Virus record (IMG/VR): IMGVR_UViG_3300022853_000046
Location: 1-38,153 of that record
Strand: one strand, 5' to 3'
Source of the DNA: a virus
Lineage: Duplodnaviria > Caudoviricetes
DNA length: 38,153 bases
Shown: positions 16,892 through 26,702 of the stretch, in pieces
Numbering within the stretch: the first letter of the stretch is position 1
Layout of the letters: the number at the start of each line of letters is the position of its first letter
Translations under genes and position numbers: made by a program
The notes under the pieces: model-generated
What the model was told of the DNA's origin: nothing
Database searches by the model: none
The model's input: only the letters and a program-made list of their open reading frames with translations

Positions 16892-17710
16892 ATGAACATA
16901 GCAGGCATACACACCACTAAACCACGAACACAGAGATATGTGGATGCATTTGTCAGAGGCACTCCTGGTCCTTATAAAATTTATGATTTTAAAACGATGC
17001 AGTCTTTACCAGAAGAGACTCTTGCATTCTATGGCATACTTGCAGGATCTGGAGAGGTATACAAATGGTGTGAGAAAGAAGGTAAAGATTTTTATTTTAT
17101 GGATCATGGATATTTTGGCAATGCTCACGATGCTCCGCACTGGTTAAGGGTCACAAAGAACGGGCACACACAGACCACGTTAAAGAATGTTCCCACAGAC
17201 AGATATGAAAAACATTTTAAAAGAGAACTTAAACCCTGGAACAAAACAGGAAAGGACATATTGTTTCTTCCTCCCACCATTGCTATCAGTAATTTTTTTA
17301 ATGCCACAGACTGGATTGCAGAGACTCTACGAACATTGTCAGCAGTCACGGATAGATTTGTGGACATCAGAGAAAAGCCGTACAATCCCAATATCTCCAC
17401 AGACCAATATGGTGCAACAGTGAAAGTGGACAGACCCACAGAGCAGAAAGGTCCGATCGATTGGTCTAGATATCATGCTGTGGTCACCTTTAACAGTAAT
17501 ACCATGATAGAAGCCCTGCACAACGGTGTGCCTGTGTTCTGTGGCACCCAGGCCAGTGCGGCCCTCCCAATTTCAGAAACTGATTTTACAAAAATAGAAA
17601 CGCCTAAATACGGAGACAGGATGGCACTGTTTTCAAGTCTAGCATACAGTAATTTTACCATGGCAGAAATGGCCAACGGTACAGCATGGAAAGCGTTAAA
17701 TGAAAGTTGA
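16892..17710 (+). CDS. KpsS-like GT-B protein, paralog B
   Basis: FMDHGYF, IREKP, HAVVTFNSNTMIEALHNGVPVFC, IETP..DR, LAYSNFT..E..NG. Confidence 0.6.
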   Translation: MNIAGIHTTKPRTQRYVDAFVRGTPGPYKIYDFKTMQSLPEETLAFYGILAGSGEVYKWCEKEGKDFYFMDHGYFGNAHDAPHWLRVTKNGHTQTTLKNVPTDRYEKHFKRELKPWNKTGKDILFLPPTIAISNFFNATDWIAETLRTLSAVTDRFVDIREKPYNPNISTDQYGATVKVDRPTEQKGPIDWSRYHAVVTFNSNTMIEALHNGVPVFCGTQASAALPISETDFTKIETPKYGDRMALFSSLAYSNFTMAEMANGTAWKALNES

Positions 17711-18683
17711 AATATTTAGAAGAACAGTTAAAGATCGTAAGAGAGGCAACAGTTATGATTTATTATATCAAATGGCTAAAGGAATCAAGGCGGCAGGAGA
17801 CGAACCGGTTATAGTTAATGAGAATAGAACCGGCCCCACAGTTGAGGGAGAAATGGAGCCAACAGCACCTATAGCAGTGATGTTTGGCTACGGAGGAACC
17901 AATCAACGACATCATACCAAAGGTAGAAGATTGGAGTTAGTTGAGAGAGCCAAAGCCAAGGGCACACATGTTATAACATTCGACGGAGGATTATTGTCTA
18001 GTTTTGGCAATGTGTCCACATCACCCGATCACCATTTTAGAGTTGCATTGAATACTCCTATGAACAATGGAGATTTTTTATCTGATAATTCGCCTTCGGA
18101 TAGATGGGAAATGATGAGAAAACTTTTTAAAGTTAGAAATGAAGAATGGAGAGTATCCAATCCTGAAGATCCTATACTGTTTGTTTTACAACCTAAAGAC
18201 AACTGGTCCATGAACGAGCTTGATCCCATTGAATGGTTTAATAATGTGTATAAAGTACTGAGACCGTTAACTAAAAGAAAATTTATTGTGCGGCCACATC
18301 CTAACAATGTAGATAATATATCGCAGAGGTTGCAAGAATTCCCTGCAGATGTGGAAGTGGCTATAGGAAAGAAACATTTTGTAGGCGATGATAAGAAATA
18401 CTATAGGTTTCATTTCCAAGAAGCGATTGCAAACTGCCACGCAGTGGTCAGTCATAATTCCACAGCCACTACAGACAGTTGCGTAAGAGGCATACCTACA
18501 TTTTGTACATCAGATCTTGCACTGTGTTGGCCTGTGGCAAATAAAGATTTAACAAAGATTGAATCTCCAGAGTATCCAGACAGGACTCAATGGTTACATG
18601 ACCTAGGATATAAAATGTGGAGTATTCGGGAAATTGAAGACGGCACTGTTTACAAAAGATTTAAATCAAAGCTAGGTCTTTAA
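17700..18683 (+). CDS. KpsS-like GT-B protein, paralog C
   Basis: FVLQPKDNWS, VRPHP, HAVVSHNST, GIPTFC, IESP..DR..WL. Confidence 0.62.
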   Translation: MKVEIFRRTVKDRKRGNSYDLLYQMAKGIKAAGDEPVIVNENRTGPTVEGEMEPTAPIAVMFGYGGTNQRHHTKGRRLELVERAKAKGTHVITFDGGLLSSFGNVSTSPDHHFRVALNTPMNNGDFLSDNSPSDRWEMMRKLFKVRNEEWRVSNPEDPILFVLQPKDNWSMNELDPIEWFNNVYKVLRPLTKRKFIVRPHPNNVDNISQRLQEFPADVEVAIGKKHFVGDDKKYYRFHFQEAIANCHAVVSHNSTATTDSCVRGIPTFCTSDLALCWPVANKDLTKIESPEYPDRTQWLHDLGYKMWSIREIEDGTVYKRFKSKLGL

Positions 18684-18988
18684 TGTGCGGCATATACGGA
18701 ATAACACAAAACAACGAAAAGTTTATTCAGTCGTATATCAATGCATGTTCTCACAGAGGCCCAGACGGTCAAGGTATATGGTCAAATGATAAAATCACGC
18801 TAGGACATAATTTACTTTCTATCACAGATCATCCAGAGAATTCAAAACAACCGTGGATAACTCCTCGTGGTAATATATTAATTTATAACGGAGAGATATT
18901 TAATTACCCAGAGCTTGTAAAGAAGTATACAGACTTCTGTCCTCGCACAACCTGTGACACAGAGATACTGGCGTGGGGACTGGATTAA
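18683..18988 (+). pseudogene. asnB: Truncated asparagine-synthetase-like (AsnB) Ntn glutamine amidotransferase, N-terminal 101 aa only
   Basis: MCGIYG, HRGPDG, LGHNLLSI, QP, YNGEIFNY, CDTEIL, then TAA; no synthetase domain follows. Confidence 0.75.
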
Positions 18989-19028
18989 AAAGTATAAGAT
19001 GTATTTTTAGATTAAATATAGACAATAA

Positions 19029-19937
19029 ATGAAAATCAAAGTCATAACATCATATAAGCCTGGAACTTGGAGCAAGTACGCACAACGATGTGTACAAAGC
19101 GTATTAGACCATTGGCCAGAAATTGCTGTTAATGTATATCACGAAGGTCCGTGTGAAGAAACTAACAAGTTTCATCCGAGATTAAAATGGATAGATCTAC
19201 ATCAGGTACAACCTGCTCTAATAGACTTTAAAGACAAGCACAAGAACGATCCTGTTGCTAATGGTGAGTTAGAGGAGATAGCAGGTGGGGTACGAAGACT
19301 TCCTGAGTTTAATGGCAATGATAAAAACAAAGGAACCTATCTGTTTGATGCTGTGAGATTTGCAAACAAAGTGTTCTGTGTCGTTCATGCTGTGAGAACA
19401 TCCGTAGAAAAAGAGTATGATTATGTGATTTGGTTAGATGCTGATACCTACTCTTTTCGTCCAATGCCTCGAAACTTTTTAGAATCCTTGTTACCCACAG
19501 ATTCCATGTTGACCTATTTGGGCAGAGAGAATCCTACAAAAAATGATGGTGGCAAATACCCCGAATGTGGATTTGTTGGCTATAATCTACGTCATCCACA
19601 GATACAGAATTTTATCAATGACTGGGAAAATTTATACACAACCAACGGTTTATTTAAATTGTTAGAATGGCACGACTCTTACGTGTTCTGGCATCTATCA
19701 AAAATATACAAACAACAACACAATATAAAAGTAAATGATATTGGTTACCGGAAAGGTGTGAAAGGTCATCACGTTTTTATTAACAGTGAACTTGGACTGT
19801 ACATGGATCACTTCAAAGGCAAAAGAAAAACCATGGGATCGTCAGCAAGAAACGATCTGAGACCTCCTAGAGATGATGCACCCGCAAATGTACTGGATGT
19901 AGACTATTGGAAGAAAGCCCCGAGTACCTGGAGATGA
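19029..19937 (+). CDS. GT-A fold glycosyltransferase
   Basis: DAVRFANKVF, WLDADTY (DxD), ECGFVGYN, WHDSYVF, DHFKGKRK; TAAATA at 19013. Confidence 0.7.
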   Translation: MKIKVITSYKPGTWSKYAQRCVQSVLDHWPEIAVNVYHEGPCEETNKFHPRLKWIDLHQVQPALIDFKDKHKNDPVANGELEEIAGGVRRLPEFNGNDKNKGTYLFDAVRFANKVFCVVHAVRTSVEKEYDYVIWLDADTYSFRPMPRNFLESLLPTDSMLTYLGRENPTKNDGGKYPECGFVGYNLRHPQIQNFINDWENLYTTNGLFKLLEWHDSYVFWHLSKIYKQQHNIKVNDIGYRKGVKGHHVFINSELGLYMDHFKGKRKTMGSSARNDLRPPRDDAPANVLDVDYWKKAPSTWR

Positions 19938-20809
19938 AGATAGCACTGTTTCCAGAGCTTGGCAGTCTTAACTCACAGCCGGTGTTTGCGGCCTTGATAA
20001 AACATCTACAATCCAAAGGTGAAAAAATAGTTCTTAACAAGTATGACAATACCTGTGATGTAGCTGTGATATGGTCTGTGCTATGGCAAGGCAGAATGGC
20101 TGGCAATAAAAAAGTTTGGGATGACTTTCGTTCCCAGGGCAAACCTGTGGTAGTGTTAGAAGTGGGAGGACTGCTGAGAAACACCACGTGGAAGATGGGC
20201 ATCAATGGCATTAACCGAGACGCCGACTTTGCCAATCAATCCTATGATGATAAAAGATGGCCGTTGTTTAAATTAGAGTTGAAGCCGTGGCAGAAGACCG
20301 GAAATGTCATTGTGATATGTGGACAGCACCATACCAGCGAACAGTGGAAAGGATTGCCCCAACCTAAAAACTGGTGCGAACAAAGGATTAAAGAAATAAG
20401 GAAGTACTGCGACAAACCCATAGTGATACGTCCTCATCCTAGAAATGTATTTGATTTTGACGAAACAAAATACCCTCACGTGAGAGTTAACCTTCCCAAG
20501 AAAGACTACAGCACATACGACGATACTGATTTTAAAAAAGTGCTACGTTCCACGTGGGCAGTGGTGAATCATTCCAGCAACCCGGCTATAGAATCAATAT
20601 TAAACGGTATACCTGTGTTTGTATCAGAATCTAGTCTGTGCTATGATGTGGGCAATCACACACTGGCAGACATTGCACAACCAGCTCAGCCAAACAGAGT
20701 AAATTGGGCACACCAATTAGCCTACACAGAGTGGACCACAGAAGAGATTGGTTTGGGGTTACCATGGAAGAGACTCAGAGAAAGACTGTTGGAGAAATAT
20801 ATCAAATGA
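19934..20809 (+). CDS. KpsS-like GT-B protein, paralog D
   Basis: Start at ATGA overlap 19934; LEVGGL.R, ICGQ, IRPHPR, WAVVNHSSNPAIESILNGIPVFV, LAYTEWT..EI. Confidence 0.62.
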   Translation: MKIALFPELGSLNSQPVFAALIKHLQSKGEKIVLNKYDNTCDVAVIWSVLWQGRMAGNKKVWDDFRSQGKPVVVLEVGGLLRNTTWKMGINGINRDADFANQSYDDKRWPLFKLELKPWQKTGNVIVICGQHHTSEQWKGLPQPKNWCEQRIKEIRKYCDKPIVIRPHPRNVFDFDETKYPHVRVNLPKKDYSTYDDTDFKKVLRSTWAVVNHSSNPAIESILNGIPVFVSESSLCYDVGNHTLADIAQPAQPNRVNWAHQLAYTEWTTEEIGLGLPWKRLRERLLEKYIK

Positions 20810-21552
20810 AGACTGTAAATTTATCAAATACAAATGTCGTTGAACCCATAGAGTGGACACCGTACACAGGCGAAACTGTGATAGTAAAAACTATCATACG
20901 TGGAGGTAAGAAAATACAAGAAACAAAATATTTTGAGGACACGGTTAAAGCAGTGCCCAGGGGCAATGCATACTGCATAGGTAATGGCCCATCCAGAAAA
21001 GGATTCGATCTTACATCATTGACAGAGTCTGGACAAACCTATGGATGTAATGCTCTGTACAGAGACTTTGTTCCTGACTATCTGTTCAGTGTGGACGCAC
21101 CAATGAGCAAAAAACTCAGCGAGGATAAAGTGTACGAAAAATGTGTTTGTTACGCTCCAACGTTGGAGGTCAACAGAAACAAAGGACTAACACTGATCCC
21201 TCGTAATCCTCATTACACCAGCGGTAATCAGGCGATATGGACTGCCACTGTGCATGGCCATAAAAACATCTACCTGATAGGATATGATTTTCGAGAGTAT
21301 GGTCCAGGGCAACTGAACAACATGTACCAGGACACAGAAAATTACGGAGAAAGAAACGGCGGTGATATTTTTGAAGCATGGTATTCTACCCTAAGACGAA
21401 TAATCAAACAAAGACCGTACTGTAATTTTACGCTCGTGCATGACAATCCTCCTGAATATTTTAATCATATGCAGACAGGAACAGACCTAAAGAATACTTT
21501 TAAGATGACCTACGCGGAGTTTAATAACAAAGTCCTAAACCAAGCCGGTTAA
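20806..21552 (+). CDS. Maf/DUF115 (MptE-like, GT42-related) putative glycosyltransferase
   Basis: Start at ATGA overlap 20806; CIGNGPSR, YGCNALYR, PDYLFSVD, TSG, IYLIGYDF. Confidence 0.6.
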   Translation: MKTVNLSNTNVVEPIEWTPYTGETVIVKTIIRGGKKIQETKYFEDTVKAVPRGNAYCIGNGPSRKGFDLTSLTESGQTYGCNALYRDFVPDYLFSVDAPMSKKLSEDKVYEKCVCYAPTLEVNRNKGLTLIPRNPHYTSGNQAIWTATVHGHKNIYLIGYDFREYGPGQLNNMYQDTENYGERNGGDIFEAWYSTLRRIIKQRPYCNFTLVHDNPPEYFNHMQTGTDLKNTFKMTYAEFNNKVLNQAG

Positions 21553-22006
21553 ATTTATTTCGCCAGCGATAGAAGTTTGCGTTATGATTGGAATAGATGT
21601 CCCGGTCAATGGTCATTTGATGCAGATGAACCATTTCGTGTGCAAGAGTTTCGATAAAGTCTTTCCAGGTGTCGAAGCGTTTTCTTAATTCAATTTTAAA
21701 TTCAATACCTTTATGAGGCAGTTGATCCACTGGCAATGCTCGCTTGTTAACAGCTTTAATTTTTCTTGCGTCCCATATGCAAAAACATTGTCCCAAACAA
21801 TCTGTTAACTGACGGAGTTCCATGGGAGGCATGTGCAAACGATTTTCAAACAATCCTTTGTTTAATATGCGGAACCAACTCTGTGCCTGTGCTAGTGTGG
21901 GCCTGTAGTTCTTGATGCCAGCACGTTTTACCAATGCCTGCTTGACCTGATAGCGAACTTTCTTCACTGCTTTTACTGAGATTTTTCTTCGTTTCTTAAG
22001 TTTCAT
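21521..22006 (-). CDS. SprT-like zinc metalloprotease
   Basis: TLAHEMVHLHQ (HExxH) followed by HNANFYRW; FRILNKGLFENRL N-region typical of SprT. Confidence 0.8.
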   Translation of the reverse strand: MKLKKRRKISVKAVKKVRYQVKQALVKRAGIKNYRPTLAQAQSWFRILNKGLFENRLHMPPMELRQLTDCLGQCFCIWDARKIKAVNKRALPVDQLPHKGIEFKIELRKRFDTWKDFIETLAHEMVHLHQMTIDRDIYSNHNANFYRWRNKFNRLGLGLCY

Positions 22007-22027
22007 AAAGTATGCACATAACGGTGG

Positions 22028-22055
22028 TTGACAATATTACCATCTATGTTATACT
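22028..22055 (+). promoter_or_regulatory. Sigma70-type promoter
   Basis: TTGACA (22028-22033), 16 nt, extended -10 TGtTATACT (22047-22055); the ORF-track TTG start is the -35 box itself. Confidence 0.7.
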
Positions 22056-22075
22056 GTAATTATCAAGAAACACCT

Positions 22076-23428
22076 ATGTCTAAAACTACACATAAATCAA
22101 TCACCACAATAGAACAAGCAATACAGATTTTAGCGTATAACGAGCACTTTTGGAAAGATTTTAAAGCATTGCCTGCAGATCATAAAACCATGAACAGTCT
22201 AGCAGATGCTCCATATGCCTGGACTGAAAAACAGGGTCGGTTAGGATTATCACTGCTAAAGCGATATCACACACTGTATAAACAGTTTAATATTGATCTG
22301 TCTGACCTGCTACAAAATCCTGTTTATCAACAGCCATTCCGAGTGATTGAGAATGTTAAAACAGTAGAGCAATATCAGCATGCTGACGGCAGAGAGTTGA
22401 TAGACATTAAATTTCCGTACAACGAAAAACTAATATCGTTGTTGAGAATTCTTAAAAATAAAAAAGCAGACAAGTTTGTACCAGCAACATACAACGGCGA
22501 ATCTAAAAAATGGACCATGCAGTACACCGAGCTGACCTGTTACTATGCAACACTGATAGCTGTAAGATATAATTTTAAAATTGTGACCCCTCACATACTC
22601 AACGACTTTGAAGAAATTAAAAAAGAAAAATTAGCATATCGCCCCCCAGTAATCACACAAAAAAATAATAACATCATTATGGAGAATGCCAACGAGAGTT
22701 TAACAGAATGGTGGAACACCAATTATAAAAATAAAAATACACTGCATCAATTTGATGTGCTAAAAAATTTATCTATACCATCTTCAATACCACGTACAGT
22801 AACAGAAAAGAATACGTTAGCAGAACGAATTGCCACATCCATGCACACTAGTTTGTGGATTAATCGGCAACAGCATTCTCGAGTAGAATTCTTGCAAGCT
22901 CTGGAAGAGCTGGATGCATTTCCTGCTATGGTACCCATGAGTGGTATGTTGGAAAAATTTGAAGACATAGAAGAGTTTGAAAGATGGTATCAAGCATTTG
23001 AAGAAATGGGATACTCTCCTGAACAAATTGCTTGGGGAGTAACACTCGAAGACCCGCCAAGCATCAATAACAGTCACACAACCCATGAAGACATGTGGTA
23101 TGCCGGGAACGGCGATTTTACATACGGCAAGGAATCGTCCATGGAGGAAAGAGAACTAATGCAAGAACGTTGGCGGGGGTTGGTTTTACAATCAAAATCA
23201 TTCAAACACATAGACAAAAATACCAAACTAGTAATAATGAGAAACAAAATACCAAAAGGACTACTACAGTCAGACACACAACTGCGTTGTGGTTTTGCTC
23301 TGCAAGACACGCAATATTGGCCTATGCACACAGACTCACTGGCCAGGGTGGTTGATAGTCTTCCAAAAAGACTGTATTATGTTAGTAAGAAACCTGGTTT
23401 CTTAGAAACTAACATTGTACAAATATGA
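22076..23428 (+). CDS. Hypothetical protein coupled to uvsW
   Basis: About 450 aa from ATG 22076 (MSKTTHK); ATGA overlap with uvsW. Confidence 0.7.
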   Translation: MSKTTHKSITTIEQAIQILAYNEHFWKDFKALPADHKTMNSLADAPYAWTEKQGRLGLSLLKRYHTLYKQFNIDLSDLLQNPVYQQPFRVIENVKTVEQYQHADGRELIDIKFPYNEKLISLLRILKNKKADKFVPATYNGESKKWTMQYTELTCYYATLIAVRYNFKIVTPHILNDFEEIKKEKLAYRPPVITQKNNNIIMENANESLTEWWNTNYKNKNTLHQFDVLKNLSIPSSIPRTVTEKNTLAERIATSMHTSLWINRQQHSRVEFLQALEELDAFPAMVPMSGMLEKFEDIEEFERWYQAFEEMGYSPEQIAWGVTLEDPPSINNSHTTHEDMWYAGNGDFTYGKESSMEERELMQERWRGLVLQSKSFKHIDKNTKLVIMRNKIPKGLLQSDTQLRCGFALQDTQYWPMHTDSLARVVDSLPKRLYYVSKKPGFLETNIVQI

Positions 23429-24894
23429 GCTCATGTCGACTGGTAATTAAAGACGAGGTAAATGTCAAGTTTGAAGACTTGTCGTTGGATCATCGTAAAC
23501 GATTACACAATAAATTTAAATTTGAAATACCTTATGCTCGTCATTTGCCTGCAGTAAAGTTGGGTAGATGGGACGGCAAGATCAGTTTCTTTGGACTGGG
23601 AGGAACCACGTATCTTGCTCTAGTGTCTCAGGTATTGCCCATACTGGAAGATGCAGGAGTATATGTGGAACTTGTAGACGAACGCACTCCACACAACTTT
23701 GAATTCAAACGGATAGACAAAGATCATATGTCAGATGTTAACTGGCCAGAGTCTCATCCAATGGCAGGACAACCTATTGAATTGCGAGACTATCAAGTAG
23801 AAACTATTAATAAATTTTTAGAACATCCTCAATGCATACAGGAGATTGCTACAGGAGCAGGTAAAACTATTATCACAGCCACGTTGTGCAAACTTGTTGA
23901 GGACTATGGAAGGACATTAACTATTGTTCCAAACAAAAGTCTTGTAACACAAACAGAGGAAGACTTTATTACTTGTAATCTCGATGTGGGAGTTTACTAT
24001 GGTGATCGAAAAGAGCTAGGCAGACAGAACACCATTGCAACCTGGCAATCATTGAATGTGCTAGAGAAGAAAAGCAAGGACGAAGATTCAGAAGCATTTG
24101 CAGAAGCAATTAAAGATATCAATACAGTTATAATAGACGAAGTGCATATGGCCAAGGCAGATGTTTTGAAAAGAATGTTGACTGGACCATTTGCTCACTG
24201 TGGTATACGTTGGGGATTAACCGGTACGGTGCCCAAGGCAGATTTTGAATTCTTTGGGTTAAAATGTGCTATAGGTGAAGTGGTCAATCGTATTGCCGCT
24301 AAGGAATTACAAGACAAAGGAGTACTGGCACAATGCACAGTTAATATTCTACAAACTCAAGATCATCCTGCATTTAAAAATTATCAAGAAGAATTAAAAT
24401 GGCTCACCACAGATGAAACAAGAATAGAATGGATTGCCGGCACTGCGGAAAATATTTCCACGTCTGGTAACACGTTAATTCTAGTAGACAGAATATCAGC
24501 TGGAGAAATGCTAGAAAAGAAATTAAAAGATTCAATTTTTATTTCAGGATCAACCAAAAACATAGATAGAAAGGAGCACTACGATGAAGTGTCTACTGCA
24601 ACAAATAAAATTATTATTGCCACATATGGAGTTGCCAGTGTGGGTATTAATATTCCTCGTATTTTTAATCTTGTCCTAATAGAGCCCGGCAAGAGCTTTG
24701 TAAGAGTCATCCAGAGCATAGGAAGAGGTATTCGTAAAGCCGAAGACAAAGATTCTGTGCAAATATGGGATATAACCAGTTCGTGTAAATTTGCAAAAAG
24801 ACATCTTACCGAGCGGAAAAAGTTTTACAAAGAGGCCAATTATCCGTATAATATAGATAAGATAAATTATGAAAATCCTTACAATAGAAAATAA
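23425..24894 (+). CDS. uvsW: SF2 DNA helicase (UvsW-like)
   Basis: WDGKI, LRDYQ, ATGAGKT, DEVH, GLTGT, GINIP, QSIGRGIR. Confidence 0.92.
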   Translation: MSSCRLVIKDEVNVKFEDLSLDHRKRLHNKFKFEIPYARHLPAVKLGRWDGKISFFGLGGTTYLALVSQVLPILEDAGVYVELVDERTPHNFEFKRIDKDHMSDVNWPESHPMAGQPIELRDYQVETINKFLEHPQCIQEIATGAGKTIITATLCKLVEDYGRTLTIVPNKSLVTQTEEDFITCNLDVGVYYGDRKELGRQNTIATWQSLNVLEKKSKDEDSEAFAEAIKDINTVIIDEVHMAKADVLKRMLTGPFAHCGIRWGLTGTVPKADFEFFGLKCAIGEVVNRIAAKELQDKGVLAQCTVNILQTQDHPAFKNYQEELKWLTTDETRIEWIAGTAENISTSGNTLILVDRISAGEMLEKKLKDSIFISGSTKNIDRKEHYDEVSTATNKIIIATYGVASVGINIPRIFNLVLIEPGKSFVRVIQSIGRGIRKAEDKDSVQIWDITSSCKFAKRHLTERKKFYKEANYPYNIDKINYENPYNRK

Positions 24895-25372
24895 AACATA
24901 CAAGTTAGAAACAATACCTGAATATGTCGACGACAGTCTAAGATTTTCTGTGTTTGATAATTCTAATCCTACTGATCCAGACCACTTCTTTATACCGTTA
25001 ATATTCCTCGAGAGCTTCAATGCTCCGGCGGCAGTGTTACAGATTGGCAATCGTAAAATTAAAATGCCACTGGATTGGAAAATGATCATCGGCGATGCCG
25101 AGCAGGGAGAGATGTACGTGTTACCTATTACCAGTTTAAACGATCGTGGCTTTGAAGCATTTATTTTTAATCCGTTAACAGGATCTAGACCTGAGTTTGA
25201 AGAAGTAGACATTGTAGATATCTACAACGAAGTAAAATGGTATTTTCCTAAACTCAAATCAGGACAGATACTGGCAGTGCCACTAGAGGATGGAGATAAT
25301 CCGCAATGTGCTTATTTTGTTAAAGATATATCTCGTCAATCAGAAACCATAGATTGGAGTTCTGTATGGTAA
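24869..25372 (+). CDS. Hypothetical beta-rich protein
   Basis: 167 aa, overlaps the end of uvsW. Confidence 0.7.
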   Translation: MKILTIENKTYKLETIPEYVDDSLRFSVFDNSNPTDPDHFFIPLIFLESFNAPAAVLQIGNRKIKMPLDWKMIIGDAEQGEMYVLPITSLNDRGFEAFIFNPLTGSRPEFEEVDIVDIYNEVKWYFPKLKSGQILAVPLEDGDNPQCAYFVKDISRQSETIDWSSVW

Positions 25373-25587
25373 GAAAAAATTGTGTAAAAATCAAAAAACC
25401 TGTGTTAGATTGTGACGGAGTAATGGTTATAATGGATCGTAATTATCTCGAGGAAGTAAACGAACACATTGAAGAAGTAAGCAAACACATTAAAATAAAA
25501 AAAATTCATAACAATGACACACACGTTTTACTCGAGTTTAATTCTCAAAAACATGTTACAATGTATAATTTAAAATATGGCCACTAA
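25366..25587 (+). CDS. Small hypothetical protein
   Basis: ATG 25366 overlaps the previous gene end; overlaps the next gene start. Confidence 0.55.
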   Translation: MVRKNCVKIKKPVLDCDGVMVIMDRNYLEEVNEHIEEVSKHIKIKKIHNNDTHVLLEFNSQKHVTMYNLKYGH

Positions 25588-26032
25588 AAAAGACAACAGA
25601 AAATTCTTTGAATTAAGAAGCGGAATGAAGGCTGTGGATTTTCGTAATAAGGATTACTATGATCGTATTGACGACAAAGAACGAAGTCTATATTCTCCAT
25701 ACATGATTATGAGGTATGCTAGTTCTGTGTCTGGAGACAAGTTTTATCAAGAACACTATGTCGAGATGATCAACGAATGTGTGAACAAACATCTATTCAC
25801 ACTGTCCAGCAAACATAAAAAACTCTGTTGGTTGTTAACTGCTATGTGTGGATCACTGCAACAACAATTTCATCCATGGGTTAAACCAATGAAAAAAACA
25901 GCCAACAAGAGTATGCAAAAGTTATTGGATATTTTTCCATACATGAAAGAAGACGACGTCGAAACGTTGGATAAAATAATCACCGATGGAGAATTAGAAG
26001 AACTGTTAGAGGCACATGGACAACAGTCTTAA
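25577..26032 (+). CDS. Probable clamp loader small subunit (T4 gp62-like)
   Basis: YSPYMIMRYAS...MINECVN...HKKLCW...HPWVK resembles the gp62 pattern YxPFxINR..S...NExN...PWxK. Confidence 0.5.
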   Translation: MATKKDNRKFFELRSGMKAVDFRNKDYYDRIDDKERSLYSPYMIMRYASSVSGDKFYQEHYVEMINECVNKHLFTLSSKHKKLCWLLTAMCGSLQQQFHPWVKPMKKTANKSMQKLLDIFPYMKEDDVETLDKIITDGELEELLEAHGQQS

Positions 26033-26702
26033 GACCTGTACGTACTGCGGCAAGAGTTTTCAAAAAGAACGTACCTTACAAGTCCATGTGTGCGAACCTA
26101 AAAGAAGACATCTACAAAAGAACGAGAAATGGGTACAAAATGGATTCATGGTATTCCAGCGATTTTATCAAGTACATCAAAATAACAGCAAACCAAAGAC
26201 ATACGATCAGTTCTGTGATTCGTCTTACTATAATGCATTTGTTAAGTTTGGTCGATTCATCATGCATATCCACCCACTGTATCCAGAAAAATACATAGAG
26301 TATGTGATACGATCACAAATCAAGTTGGATCATTGGGCCAGAGATGATTTATATGAGACTTATCTTATTGACACCTTAAAATCAGAACCGTTAGAATCTG
26401 CCATGCAACGATCTATTAAAACCATGATGGAATGGGCAGACGAGCAGAATGTGCAATGGTCAGATTATTTTCGATTGGTTAATACTACAAGAGCAGTGGC
26501 ACACATACAGCAAGGCAGTATATCTCCATGGTTAATATTAGGATGTTCGGCAGGAAAAAAAATGTTAAACTCTTTTTCAGATGAACAATTACAAATGGTA
26601 CAGAGATTTATTGATCCCACGTTCTGGAACAACAAGTTTAGAAACTATCCTGCAGATGTGTTGTTTGTACAAGAAACAGCCAAGGAGGCACACATTGAAT
26701 AA
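26016..26702 (+). CDS. Hypothetical protein with N-terminal zinc finger
   Basis: CTYCGKSFQKERTLQVHVC (C2H-C type finger). Confidence 0.7.
   Translation: MDNSLKTCTYCGKSFQKERTLQVHVCEPKRRHLQKNEKWVQNGFMVFQRFYQVHQNNSKPKTYDQFCDSSYYNAFVKFGRFIMHIHPLYPEKYIEYVIRSQIKLDHWARDDLYETYLIDTLKSEPLESAMQRSIKTMMEWADEQNVQWSDYFRLVNTTRAVAHIQQGSISPWLILGCSAGKKMLNSFSDEQLQMVQRFIDPTFWNNKFRNYPADVLFVQETAKEAHIE

Noticed and set aside
18986-19028. Stop-codon recoding or readthrough rescuing asnB
   Set aside because: The stop is TAA, another in-frame TAA follows within three codons, and the next gene is an unrelated GT; other genes are intact under the standard code with TAA, TAG and TGA stops.
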